From positions 28,110,307-28,174,306 of the forward strand of contig OZ316892.1 in the NCBI GenBank assembly GCA_973895155.1: a stretch of 64,000 nt of DNA, read 5' to 3'. This stretch comes from Marsupella aquatica. Taxonomy: Eukaryota; Plantae; Marchantiophyta. The position numbers were made by a program, and so were the translations under genes. The notes beneath the pieces were generated by a model. The model saw nothing but the letters and a program-made list of their open reading frames with translations. It was not told the DNA's origin and did no database searches. Within the stretch, counting starts at the first letter, position 1; each line of letters begins with the position of its first letter. Positions 15,235-26,946 of the stretch are shown one piece after another.

Positions 15235-15375
15235 AATGAGAAAAGAAAGGGAAATATCTGCTATCACTCACTGGTGGGATGGACAAAGGGTAGACATCTA
15301 AAGCAAATGTGGCACAAGCTTATGGTCCACATCTAGTGTATTGACTAAATCTGCAAGTGGCGCATGAATGAGGAA
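15235..15375 (-). mobile_element. Fragment of the CRE-like retrotransposon family (ORF end plus start of 3' UTR)
   Basis: 15302-15370 aligns with 50138-50206 of the full element; encodes PLADLVNTLDVDH versus PLADLVSTLDVDH. Confidence 0.8.
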
Positions 15376-15749
15376 TATTTTTGTCAGGATCCTCACGCCT
15401 TTAGATAATATCTCAAAGAAAAATGTTTTGCTGATTTATCTAGATACTCTAGTCCTAAAAAGCTTGTATTTACCGTTGGGGAAGGTTTATTAATTTAATG
15501 TTGGAACTATCTTATCACTATGTGGAGGTGATGATCATTCACTCGATTCTTTCCAAGATTGGCAGCTGAATAATGGCCTCAGGATAGGTTGGGTCATCTA
15601 GATGGCTGGAGTGGTGGGTAGGCCCACCTCTCAATTGGCACCATGTAGAAAGGACGGTGGGTGTAGTTTTGGAGTATGGAGAAAGAGAGGAGAAACATTC
15701 TCTTGTTCTGACAATTATGGAGTTCAATGGAAAAAGCGAAAATCATAAT

Positions 15750-16150
15750 TTCTACAAAAAGGGCCAAACTAAGTAAAATGAAGGGGAAACAAAAGAGGTC
15801 CAAATAGGACAAACACAAAATACTAAAGAAAAGGTAAATGTAACCCCAAAAACAGCAAAAGAGGAAAAAGAAAAAAAGGGAGAAAGGGAGAAAGAGCCAC
15901 CACTCCAATAGTGCGATGAGCCAGGAGATAAGAAAAGTTCCACTTCCAAATGATTGATTGCTAGGCACCCACCCCTGCCCTCTACTCTCCTCTAAGCAAA
16001 GCAGAAATACCAACCACCACAATGGAAGCTTAACATATTCTCCTGACTATTTCTCAATGAATGTGAAGATACACAATCGTGAGAAAGGGGAAAGGAGCAA
16101 TAGATCTAGTGGACAGGTTCAGTTGTCTAGACACCCCAAGCCTGCACCTG
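15750..16150 (-). mobile_element. Older, 5'-truncated CRE-like 3' UTR fragment
   Basis: tacaaaaagggccaaactaagta...aaacaaaagaggtccaaataggacaaa aligns with the element 3' UTR at 49936-50050 (tacagaaaaaggccaaatagagta...aaacaagagaggtcccaagtggacaaa). Confidence 0.5.
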
Positions 16151-17471
16151 GACTTAACTGCATTTATTGGTGCATTTACAAATGAAAATGCTCTATAAAT
16201 ACTAGGGTATTACAAGGCCGTCCTACACTTAGTCGCTGAAACTACTTTTATACAAGTTACACTTAAGAATCTAGAAATGTCCCGTTTAAATTGCATTGGA
16301 ACAGGACATTACTACATTTTATGGTCTAAGATATTTTTCATTTTTAATATTTTAATAAAGTAGAGGAGAAGTTTGATACTGGGCCAGTTCAAATCTTTAT
16401 TGTGCATATTATTTTTCTCATAAGTGCACTAAAAACTACAAATTGAAATCAGAAGGGCATTATCTCTATGGTAAAATACTGTTTACAGTGCATTGTGGGA
16501 CAGGATATAATGCCCCCCCAAAATGAGAATTTAGGCTTGCTTTTTGAGTTTCTATTATTGTCCCTAATGCTCCGGTAACAGGACCTTAATACTAAGAGGT
16601 CTATGAGTTTTTATTTTACTAATTTTAGTAACAAAGCAGCATCTTCTTCATGAGTTGATCCAAATCTTTCTCCAATTATCACAAGGGGCATTAAGGACTG
16701 TAGCTGTGCGGTCGATTTATCATACTGCCATTTGCATTCACGCACTTGAAGTGAGAGGAAACCATTTAAATTGGACAAGTGCTTGAGACTACTTTATGTA
16801 GTTGCACTTATTGATAAATGCTCTTATGTATACATTGCACTAATTGACAAATGCATGTCTACACATGCATTTGTAGTTAATGTCAATAGTTTGTCTTTTA
16901 GTAAAGGTCTACCTATACTTTTGCGAGCTGCATTTTTTGATGCATTTACAAAGAAAACAATTGTAATCTAAGGGGACAACATGGTGAGCCTGTACTAATC
17001 CAGGGGATGCAACTATACACGCTGCACTTATACAAGGTTCACTGTACTGTCAATTCGAACTCTTTAGTGGAAAAAGTTGTTAATATAAGATTTTTGTTTT
17101 TTGGAATTTTACAACAATTGCACGGAACTGTCAATGTCGTTAGTGGAAAGTTGTTAAAATAAGATTTTTGGTTTTTGGAATTTCACAACAATTGCGTGAA
17201 GTGAAATGATACAAGTCAAATGGAGCTGTACACTTGTTTACTGTAGCTGTTGGGTACATCCTACCGGGGATTTGTCAGTGCACAGGACAACTCGAGGCTT
17301 AAACGATTCTCCCATTCAGCGCAAGTTGACAGGCTCAAGATTTCAGAAAGAAATACACTTGATTGCGGAGAGATTGGCCATACCGATTTTTAATTTCCTC
17401 CCTCAGCAGATTACGCTGAGAGTTGAAAGAGCTGCCGGCCAACATTCAGCTACTTGTTGAGAATGCGATGT

Positions 17472-17606
17472 GAAACATTGCCTTCAGAGGAACATAATTT
17501 TCCAGTTTTGGTTTAGCTAGATTGATTGGTGGGCACGGCGAGAAACATTGCCTTCAGAGGAACTTAATTTTCTAGCTTTGGTTTAGCTAGATTGATTGGT
17601 GGGCAC
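17472..17606 (+). promoter_or_regulatory. 70-bp tandem duplication in the proximal promoter of the hydrolase gene, each unit with an inverted CCAAT box
   Basis: gaaacattgccttcagaggaac...agattgattggtgggcac at 17472 and 17542; followed by a GA-rich leader; ATG at 17743. Confidence 0.6.
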
Positions 17607-17742
17607 AGAGAGAGAGGGAGTGAGAGAGAGAGACTTCTCTTCACGTTCTGCAGCAGGGCGCACAGAGAGATCGGTTCAAGTTTACGGGACACAGAGAGAG
17701 AGAGAGAGTGAGAGACGACCCACTTAGCCAGTTGAGAGAGGA

Positions 17743-20020
17743 ATGGCGGAGCATAAATACAAACAGTGTTGCACACCAGGGCCGCTTGCCAAGGAACATG
17801 AGTCTGTGGGGAAAGAGGAGAACTGGGATGGATTGGACGTCTACGTCAACTGGCCCACAGGCGCTACCCAGGCAGTTGTGCTAGCTTCCGACGTGTTTGG
17901 TACCTTTCTTCCCAGGGCTGACTTTTTGGTCTAGAAGTTTTATGATACGAATTTGGTCCTTGATGATGTGTCCAGTTTATCCAACGGATCGCAATTCTGG
18001 AGTTCTTAGACGTTACGAGGCTGCATAAATGGAAGGCAAATGGTTCTAGAAGTGGAGTGAAATATAAATGTAGCTCAGGTCTCAAGTGCAGGGAGTTTCA
18101 AGATGAAAGCATAAGTTTACAACATCGCTGGAAATGAAGTGAGGAAACATTCACTTATCTATGACTGGCAGACATTCTGATTTCCGCTTCTGGCTTTTGC
18201 ACACAGGATGGGACAGACCCCTTCTAAGGTACGAATTGTTCTAGCACGTTCTCAACTGAATGATCCAGTGATTTATACCAACGAATTCTGGGCTGTAGTG
18301 GTCTTCAGTCACAGAAAGAAGTAGAGAATTCCCGCCATTGGTCACTTCCGCTCCTCAATTCATAAGTTAGCTTGGAACAGGGTGGGAGTGGTGACTTTGC
18401 AGATATCTGTATTCGTATTTTCTTTTGTTTAACTGTCGTTCATTGGATTGTCAAAGAATTGATACCTTTGTGCTCCGGCTCTTCAGAAAGCTTGCCGATA
18501 AGTTTGCAGCTGAAGGGTTCGTGACTGTGATTCCGGACTTTTTTAAAGGAGATCCAATCAATCCAAGCAGAGTTCCCACGCACGACGAAGTCAACATATG
18601 GTTTACCAAGCATTCTTTTGTAAGCATCCTTGTCGCACTCCAGAGCCTGCCTATTTTGTAAAAATACGTCAGATCCATTTGTTTATTCATTATTTTTTCG
18701 GATTTCAGCTGCATGAAATGAAGTTCGAGATTTGTTATAAAACAATGGAATTTGTATTCCCAAAGTATACGAGGATGATCGTGTGGAATATCGGAAATCA
18801 ATTTCAACAAGTTATACATCTATTGTTTGGCAGGAATCTGCTGTTTTGGATACCCTGGTTTCAATCAAAGGTTTGAAGGAGAGAGGCATCAAGTCAGTCG
18901 GGATAGCTGGTTTTTGCTTTGGAGGTAAAAGATTCATTTCATACTGTGCTGTCTTTTCAACTAGAATTGTCGTCGATTGAATGTTTCCGGTGAAGCCAGC
19001 AAGCGGAACCCTGAAATTTATAAACAAATTGAGATATAGTGGAAGGCATTTGGAGCAGCAAGGGAAGTAGAGGACTTAAAAGTCTTGCGTCCGTGTCAAT
19101 GTGTCACATGGTTATATGTACTTTTCCCATATTCTGTACAGAAGATTGGGCATTCGATTGAGCCTGAAGGCTAAAATTGAGAAGACCCAGTAGGCCGGAG
19201 ATTACGCGATGATTGCTGCTATTGCATGCTTGATAGTTATTTCAGTGCTCTGATCGTCGCAATGACGAGATCTTACTTCCTGCTGCTGTAAAACTGAGCA
19301 GGTAAAATTGGGGCTATTATTGCGAAAGATGGTGTCACCGATGCAATAGTAATTTTGCATCCTGGAAGAGTCACAAATGATGATATTAAATGTAAGAAGC
19401 TTGTTTTATCATTGCGCTTTTCTAAAGCCTTCAGCACTTGCCTACTTGAGTGTTATATTGTGACACAAACTGCTTGGACAAAAATCTGACTTGGATCGTT
19501 GTACACAGTGGTGAGGACACCTTTTGCAATCTTGCAAGCTGAACTGGACAAGACGACAACTGTAGAAGAAGTGGAGGAGTACCGGAAGATCCTAGAATCA
19601 CAGAATGAGGTATTTCCGCTGTGGAATGTAGCATCCCGTCCACACCCTCTTATGGCAATGTATAGCCAGTCGTATGAATAGCAAGTTTGTTTTTATATCC
19701 TAACAATGTGCAGTGTTTGAGACAAGTCAATTCTTTTCAACTTACTACGCATTGTTAGTTTGATAGAGCTTGTCCGCTTCATCTCCATTTCTTAATCACA
19801 CATGGAATTAGCTGTGATAAGCATAGTAGTAAAACAGTAAATTGAAGAGATGGAACTGGATACTGGATATTGGGTGCAGGTGGAGTACTGGGTGAAGATC
19901 TATCCAGGAACGGATCATGGCTGGACTGTACGCTACGATGAAAACGATGAAAAGTCTTTCAAGCCTGCCTATGAAGCACATGCAGATACAATTGCTTGGT
20001 TCAAGAAATACTTGAAGTGA
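17743..20020 (+). CDS. Dienelactone hydrolase family alpha/beta hydrolase (endo-1,3;1,4-beta-glucanase-like), 7 exons
   Basis: QCC N-terminus, VLASDVFGW, LADKFAAEGFVTVIPDFF, nucleophile motif GFCFGG, LHP, AELD, HGWTVRY, WFKKYLK-stop; GT-AG introns. Confidence 0.93.
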
Positions 20021-20636
20021 ATCAGCTACACAGCCTGTACTCTCTGATGAAGATCTAGACTCCCACAGAACGTGAGCAATCTTTGTCAGTTCGGAGGACG
20101 TGGTGTGTAAAGAGGTATTGGACATTTTCGTGGACTTTGAGAGTGCAATGTCAGTCTTTGTCATTAGATTTTAAAGGAACATTGGGTACCTTGGATTGAT
20201 GTCACCATGTTGTCTCACTGCTCTTACATTTACATTGTTTCGTTCTTGTTTTGGTCACCTTCAGTGCACGCTAGTTTGGCAGTTCTAGAGTGTTAAGGTT
20301 TTAGAATTTTGCTGCTGGTTCGTCCCCTCTAGGTTTAAACAAACTCTAGGAGCAACTCCAATTGAGCATTGCGCTCCCTAACTACCAAGGTTCTTTAAAT
20401 AATTGCAATAGTGTATCTTTGCTCACCATGAATATGGATTATTGTATGTTTTAAAGCCATTTTCATGACAGTCAGAAACGGGTCCCGATGTAGGAAGGGC
20501 CAGTCATTGCCTAAGGATTAGTGCATTTTGGTTTTGGTTTCCCAAAACTGACTTGGTTGGGCTGTAAGTGCAATGTTCTCCTGGATGTTTAGTAAAGATG
20601 CAAAGTTTGACATTCAATAGCTCCTTTATACCTAAT

Positions 20637-21022
20637 GGAAGTGGCTCTTGTTGGGCTTGATAGAAGCGGATCTTTTCCAAGCATTCCAATATCTCTAGTT
20701 TTCGTGAAGTGGAAGCTGCTCTTCTTGGGCTTGGCAGAAGCAGATTTTTCCAAGCATTCCAATATCTCTTGTTGTCATGAAGTAGAAGCAGATCTTTCCA
20801 AGCATTCAATAACTATAGTTTTCATGAGAGACTTGAAGATTACTCCAATCACTCAATGTCCACACTTTGTGTGGCTTATGAATTTCTGAAGATTACTCCA
20901 TCACTCAATGTTGTCCACACTTTGTGTGGCTTGTGAATTTCTGAAGATTACTCCATCACTCAATGCTGTCTACACTTTGTGTGGGTTATGAATTTGTGAA
21001 GATACCTCCTTCACTCAATGCT
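20637..21022. repeat. Two adjacent imperfect minisatellites (~70-bp x2-3 and ~55-bp x3.5)
   Basis: Recurring agaagcagatttttccaagcattccaatatctct and gaagattactccatcactcaatg..tccacactttgtgtggctt units. Confidence 0.8.
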
Positions 21023-21629
21023 GACCAGTTAACTTTGACATTCAATATGTCCCCACATATCCAATGAATGATTTCGTTGGGGTTATTAGAAGGGGCTTCA
21101 AAACATTTTTCCAAAGACACCAACAACTTTTCAATGATAACTGTCCTGTTTTCGAATCACATTTCATTTCATCCCCATATAATCATAATAATAATAATAT
21201 ACAGCGCATGCAATTCAAGACTATATGAGCAGAAAATAAGGTTCTCTGAAATCCATCCATGTTGCGAACATATATCTGAGCAATTGCGGCAAACTTGGAA
21301 GTTCAACTGGGATATATCTGAGCAATTGAGGCAAACTTGGAAGTTCAACTGGGTTTTAATTTTCATTAATTATTGTCTTATTGTATTTTGACAGGAAAAG
21401 AAATCATCACACTAGATTTCTGTGGCACTTGGTCCACCCTCACGTACTCCATGATCTCAGACTGCTAGCCCGAAGGCCCAATCCCTGGCCAGTTAATTAT
21501 TGTATTTGCATTGCATATCAATGAGAGTATATGAGTGCGGCATCAGATGCAACTCAGATCAGGCCCTAAATGAATAATGTCCTATATATAAGGCATTGTC
21601 AAGTCCTAAGTTCATATATGTATATATCA

Positions 21630-22081
21630 CATCCCCAAAGAACAGAAAGTGTTAATCTTGCAAAGGCAGAGACACCCAATAAAGAAGAGAAAATAACGAA
21701 AAAAAAACCCATGAATGCCATTGAGCCAAAATGCTACACACTTGGAGTCCAGCTTGGTAAAGCTTAGGAGTAAATTGCATAGGAGTATCATGGAAAAACA
21801 AATTCTAGAGGCCCTACTACAACACCCTCAACCCTTGGCAAAATAGTGAATGTTTGAGCCCTTCTATAGTGCAACAAACACATGCTATGTGAAAAGGACA
21901 GTGAAAAGAAATATGAGGGATAAGGCCACAACTCTACACAAAGGACAGGGTGTAGTGCAGGATAAGCCAAGGGGATTCGGGATGTAATCCCCAAAGGCGA
22001 TAAGCTGGTGGGGGTTACAGTAATGATCCCTGAGCTTGGGGGGAGGGGGGAAGTCACTCTATGTAGGGCCCTACATTGCAT
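21630..22081 (-). mobile_element. Degenerate C-terminal and 3' UTR fragment of a CRE-like retrotransposon
   Basis: Translation ...HYRRAQTFTILPRVEGVVVG resembles the element C-terminus LQRAQAPAVYRRSLAAG; followed by a pyrimidine-rich 3' UTR-like tract. Confidence 0.45.
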
Positions 22082-22417
22082 GCGATGCTTTAGGGTCTAG
22101 ACCCCCTAAATTCTAAGTGAATTTTTTTCTCTCGCCCTTACTTAAAGTGACCAATTATTATTTTTTAACCCCTAAAAAAGCTTTAAGTGAAATGTTTTCC
22201 TAAATTAAACAAGCTCTATTAATAAAGAAAAGATAAGTACCTCATAAGTTGGAGCCCAAAAGTCAGCACTTGTCCAATTTGCTTTGCCTTTCTACTTGAT
22301 GCAATTTACTTTGCTTCTCCAATTTATAGTACATCCCAAATCTCCCGTACAATCCATACACCATGAAACTAAATAAGTGTACATTTAATTCCATGTTGTC
22401 TAACCATAAACTTGTCC

Positions 22418-23300
22418 ATGTTACACTCTGAATTCTCAAACACTAGAGCATGCTAGGTACCAAACACTATGAACAAGAAAGTTGATACTATTGGTTGCTT
22501 ATTCAAGGCGCTTCACAAAACCTTTAATGATTATTTATTAAGATTTATTATATAATCTCATACACCACAAGTAATTTATTATATAATTATAATATTAATT
22601 ATACATCCACATATACCAATTTAGTGATCCCACATGTCTCAATTATCAGCTAGCACATGTCATGTGCACGTATGACATGTGAAGACCCCTTATCCTAACA
22701 CCTTCTATTGAATGTCATCTATATTATGAGGGCCTATTTTTCTTTGAAGTTGGGGAAAGAATAAAACTTACCTTGCTGCTCTTCCACAAAACTTTTGAAG
22801 TCTTCCAAAATTTAAAGAGCCTTATACTTTGTCGACATGATATGCCACTTCTGTGGAAGTGACCAACCATCGAGAACATTTGAAACATCTAGAACATGAA
22901 TTGTGTCACACCATTCTGACAAATCATTGGTATATATTTCAGGGGGCCGACTACTAAAAATTGTATGAACCATGTGCGATCCAAAAAATATATTTTTAAT
23001 GAAAAGTTGTGGTGTGCATACATATCGCCAACTAACATACATCGTTGTCACAGTCTTCCTACATAAACTCAAAATTTCTTTCCATCCCTAGAAATCACAC
23101 AGATAAAGACAACACACCATACACAAATCATTGGATTAATCATGTCAACAAACTCGAATCAGGTAAACAGTCTAACATGAAGGGATACGGAGCACAAAAG
23201 CAAGTACACCACAAGTATGGCTATGTGAGTCTCCACTTTAGAGAATGAGCCCACTGAGCCAAGTCTCTCAATGTATACCACTTGGAAATTTTTACTCCCC
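22418..23300 (-). mobile_element. Degenerate Ty1/copia remnant (LTR-like tgtta...ctaaca segment plus integrase fragment)
   Basis: KYKAL*ILEDFKSFVEEQQGK and RPPEIYTNDL resemble copia integrase motifs KSEALEKFKEFKAFVEKQSG and RPLELIHSDL. Confidence 0.45.
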
Positions 23301-23935
23301 TTAAAACAAATGATTTTATTGCAAACCAACGAGATCATGGATCAAATCCATGATTATGATGACCTGCACACTCGGGTCACTATTGTCTGATGACCTGCTC
23401 TAACAAGTCAACTCGTCAAAGAACCTAATCATTCTAAAAGGACCTCTACTAGTCCATAAATTCTAGAACATGACAAAGTAGCTAAATTATTAAATGAAAA
23501 TAGTAGGAAAAAAAGGTGTTCTGAACTCAAATTAATATAATAATCTCTAATATATCACTTCTATAAAGTAAAATAGGTCATTCATATTGAAAATTGAGAA
23601 TGTGTATAGATTTTACAAGTTGAAGTGCATTGTAGTTTTATTATTTGTTTTATCATTTTCTGTACGCACATAGTACCCGACATATTGGCCTAGTTGACAT
23701 CATTCATGGACTTGTAAATCTGTACTCATTCTCTATTTTCAACCTATTCCGTGCCTCACCACGTGGTAGCCGAAGGCCCTACACCAATAAGGACAAAAGT
23801 TGAGTTACATCTAGGGCGGCAATACTAACCCATATAAGACATGAGGGTCAGGTTAGTAAATAAATTTGTTTGGGGACACCTTAGTAAATTTCTATAGTTT
23901 GGAGGCCAAGATAGTAAAAGTGTGGTAGTAACCAA

Positions 23936-24231
23936 GTGGCGTGGCTTAGGTCAGTTTGCCAAGGGATTAGCCTGGAACTCAGAGGTCCCAGGTTCAATCC
24001 CCCCCTCCACACACCACACAGAGATGTTGAAGAGTATACATGTGTGTGAGTGTGGGATGGGTCATGTGGGTAGTGGTTGGAGTTCTGATTATGTTTGCCA
24101 AGGGATTAGCCTGGAACTCAGAGGTCCCAGGTTCAATCCCCCCCTCCACACACCACACAGAGATGTTGAAGAGTATACATGTGTGTGAGTGTGGGATGGG
24201 TCATGTGGGTAGTGGTTGGAGTTCTGATTAT
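23936..24231 (+). mobile_element. tRNA-derived SINE-like sequence with a 139-bp tandem duplication
   Basis: A-box-like tggcttaggtcagtttg and B-box/T-arm gaggtcccaggttcaatcc; units at 23954 and 24093 appear identical. Confidence 0.55.
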
Positions 24232-24976
24232 CTAGTAGACCCCTGCATCCATGGGGCCCATCCAGGATTGCCAGTCTCTTTTAAAGTTGTTCCTTCCCCC
24301 CGAATCGGAAACCGGATTGGTTGCTTCTCTGGTGTCCAGAGATTTGGATTGCTATTTACTGTATAAATCTTGTGGGTCCGGGACCCACAAATCCACTCAG
24401 GACATCAGACAGTGCGGTAGCCATGAAGTTTTTGTGGGTTTCGAATCAATCCCTCAGCTGAGTAGACTCAGAGAAGAGTGACGATCTGGTGTGGCATTCC
24501 TTTGGAGTCCTTCACTCGGCTGAGCAAATTCGGAGAATAGTGATGAACTCGTGTGGCTTTCGTTTGGATTCCTTCACTCAGCTGAGATGATTCAGAGAGC
24601 AGGAGCAGCAGTAAGACAATTCACGTGAGGAGGGTTTGTGATTGATTCCGCTTGATGTCTATCAATCTGGTCTCACAACAGAGCTCATCGAGCTTCGGAT
24701 CGCCATTACTGTTTTGCTGATCATCTAGGGCACCGCAATTTTGCTTGAGAAAACTGTACTGGACCACCTCTAGATTGAGAATGGCGGCAAAAGATACTTG
24801 CACTAATCGTCCTCAGCATTTGCTGGTAAATGTTAGGAACAGCTTCGTGTAACCTTGTTTCCAAGGCTGTTTTCCGTCTGCCCCTTAGGGATTTCGATCA
24901 GTCATTCGATTCTTCGTTTTTAGAATGTTCTCCCTTGTATTCTTAGCTCCTTCAGAATGAGAGTTCAGAGTTTGCC

Positions 24977-25828
24977 ATGAGTGTGCGCCAAAATTGGCAA
25001 AACTTGGGACACGTTTCTGAGACATCTCTGGAAATGCTGCAGATGCTGGTACTGTTCCTAGGGATTTTGTTTTCCTGCTGCGCGCAAAGTGCTGTTGCTG
25101 TTGAGGTTCCAACTCCCACAACATGGCCGGTCCGTTTCCACGCTCTGCTTGTCCAGAATTTCAGTGGGGAGCTGGGAGTGATGGACCTCTGGTATGACTG
25201 GGAAAAGGGTGGGAATTATCATCTTGTCCAAGAACAGTTGGGTAGTGCATATCATGACGTGGAGTGGACCAATGGGACATCCTTTTTCTGGTACGAGGAA
25301 GAAAAGACCTGCTTTACTGTAGACGTTGGGATTGGAATACTGCGCCCTGACTGGCTCAAGGATGCCGAATATCTGGGTGTGAGAGAGATGAGTGGTTTCA
25401 CTTGCAATGTGTGGACCAAGCTGGACTTCATCACCTATTATGAAGATATTGAGTCGAAAAGGCCCGTGTATTGGTTATTCTATACAGGTAAGATTCCCAT
25501 CAATTAAGCTATTTGAATAGCTTTAGACTTAGTTCTGTCATTTGAAAACTTCTTTTAAGGACTTTTGTCTTCCTCGAGGAAATTCTATCGGTGTAGACCA
25601 CATTTCCTTTGTTGATGATAGCTTGGTGGAAACGCAGGACGACACGTGCATGTCATCACATTTGAGGAAGGATTCCTCTTGAACGACGAGGACTGGCAGG
25701 CTCCAGAATATTGCTTCTCAGATGACTCGACAACTTTACGTGATAGCAGTTTGCTGCATAAAAGTAGAAAGTCACCTGTCTTGACAGAGCATAAAGAATG
25801 GTTGTTATCAGGAGCCATGAGTGCTTAG
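24977..25828 (+). CDS. Uncharacterised secreted protein, At4g14100/At3g23760-like family; 2 exons (intron 25488-25637); start may be ATG 25034
   Basis: Signal peptide MLQMLVLFLGILFSCCAQSAVA then PTPTTWPVRFHALL, LWYDW, DVEWTNGTSF, VGIGILRPDWL, CNVWTKLDFITYYED, WQAPEYCF typical of this plant family. Confidence 0.88.
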
Positions 25829-26946
25829 TACGCTCTTAGAGCCGTCGTTTGTACATAAAAGGGTTGTTGTTCCATCCTCTTTCTCAAAAAGGAGCAGAGG
25901 CTCGAATACTCCTCAACGTTCTCTTCTTGTTGATACGTAGAAAAGCACAACAGAACGTTGCATCTGCAGGGTAAACCTGCAATTAGACACTGACGTCATG
26001 GTGACACATCATTGCCCATAATTGATCGCAAACGACTGCCCCTTACATTACAGAGAGGAACTGGGAGATCTAGCTTTCTTAGGGCAGTAGTCCTTTGCGT
26101 AACAGTTCTAATGTGATAGACGTATGAGGCAATAATGGAATCAGATATCTTCTCTAGTTGCTTCAAAATTTCCAGCGACTCCATCTCTGTGGTATACCTA
26201 ATGTGGTAGGTCTAGCTCATGCCGTATTTCGATCGTTTTGTTCCCACCCTTGGATGAAGATTTCTGCCAACAATCTTACCAAATATTACATGAGTAATTA
26301 ATTGGAAAAAAAGGTTGCTCTATGGCGCTCTTCCCAGACTACCATACGACTCCTCACGACTTGTTGGGTTCGACGGGACTTTGAATGATTGGATCTGCGT
26401 CTGTCATGGCAGTAGTTAGAATGGCATCAATTTTATTCTCCTCTCTATATCCTATCTATCGGAAATAGGCAATTAGATCATCCAGATCGTATAAAACCAA
26501 TCGATGATTGCATCTGCAGTCTATCAGCTGTTTGATCGGACTATGCTGAGCGGCCTGTGATTACAATAAGGATAGTCTGGGTCGGTAAGCAGTACCATAG
26601 GCCAACCTCTGGCTAGTGCAACCTCAGCTGCTAGCTGCTGCCTTCCACTTAACAGGATCAGGATTAGGAGTACTGAGGCACTTGAACTGAAGTATGTCAT
26701 GAAGGTGGTGTCCCGATGAAACCAGATTACAAATTTCGGATTTGGATCACAGAGATCAGCCCTGCAGCTCAAACTTTGTGGAGGCAATGTAGCAATGCAA
26801 CCTAGACAACGACCAGAGCTGGCCTTATCACAAGCCTTTAATTAAGCACTCAGGAATTTCGAAACAAAGTACATCTGGGTGACATCAGGTAAACGTGGCC
26901 ATTTTGATTTGTGTATAATTATTCTACATCAGATACAAAGGTCTGA

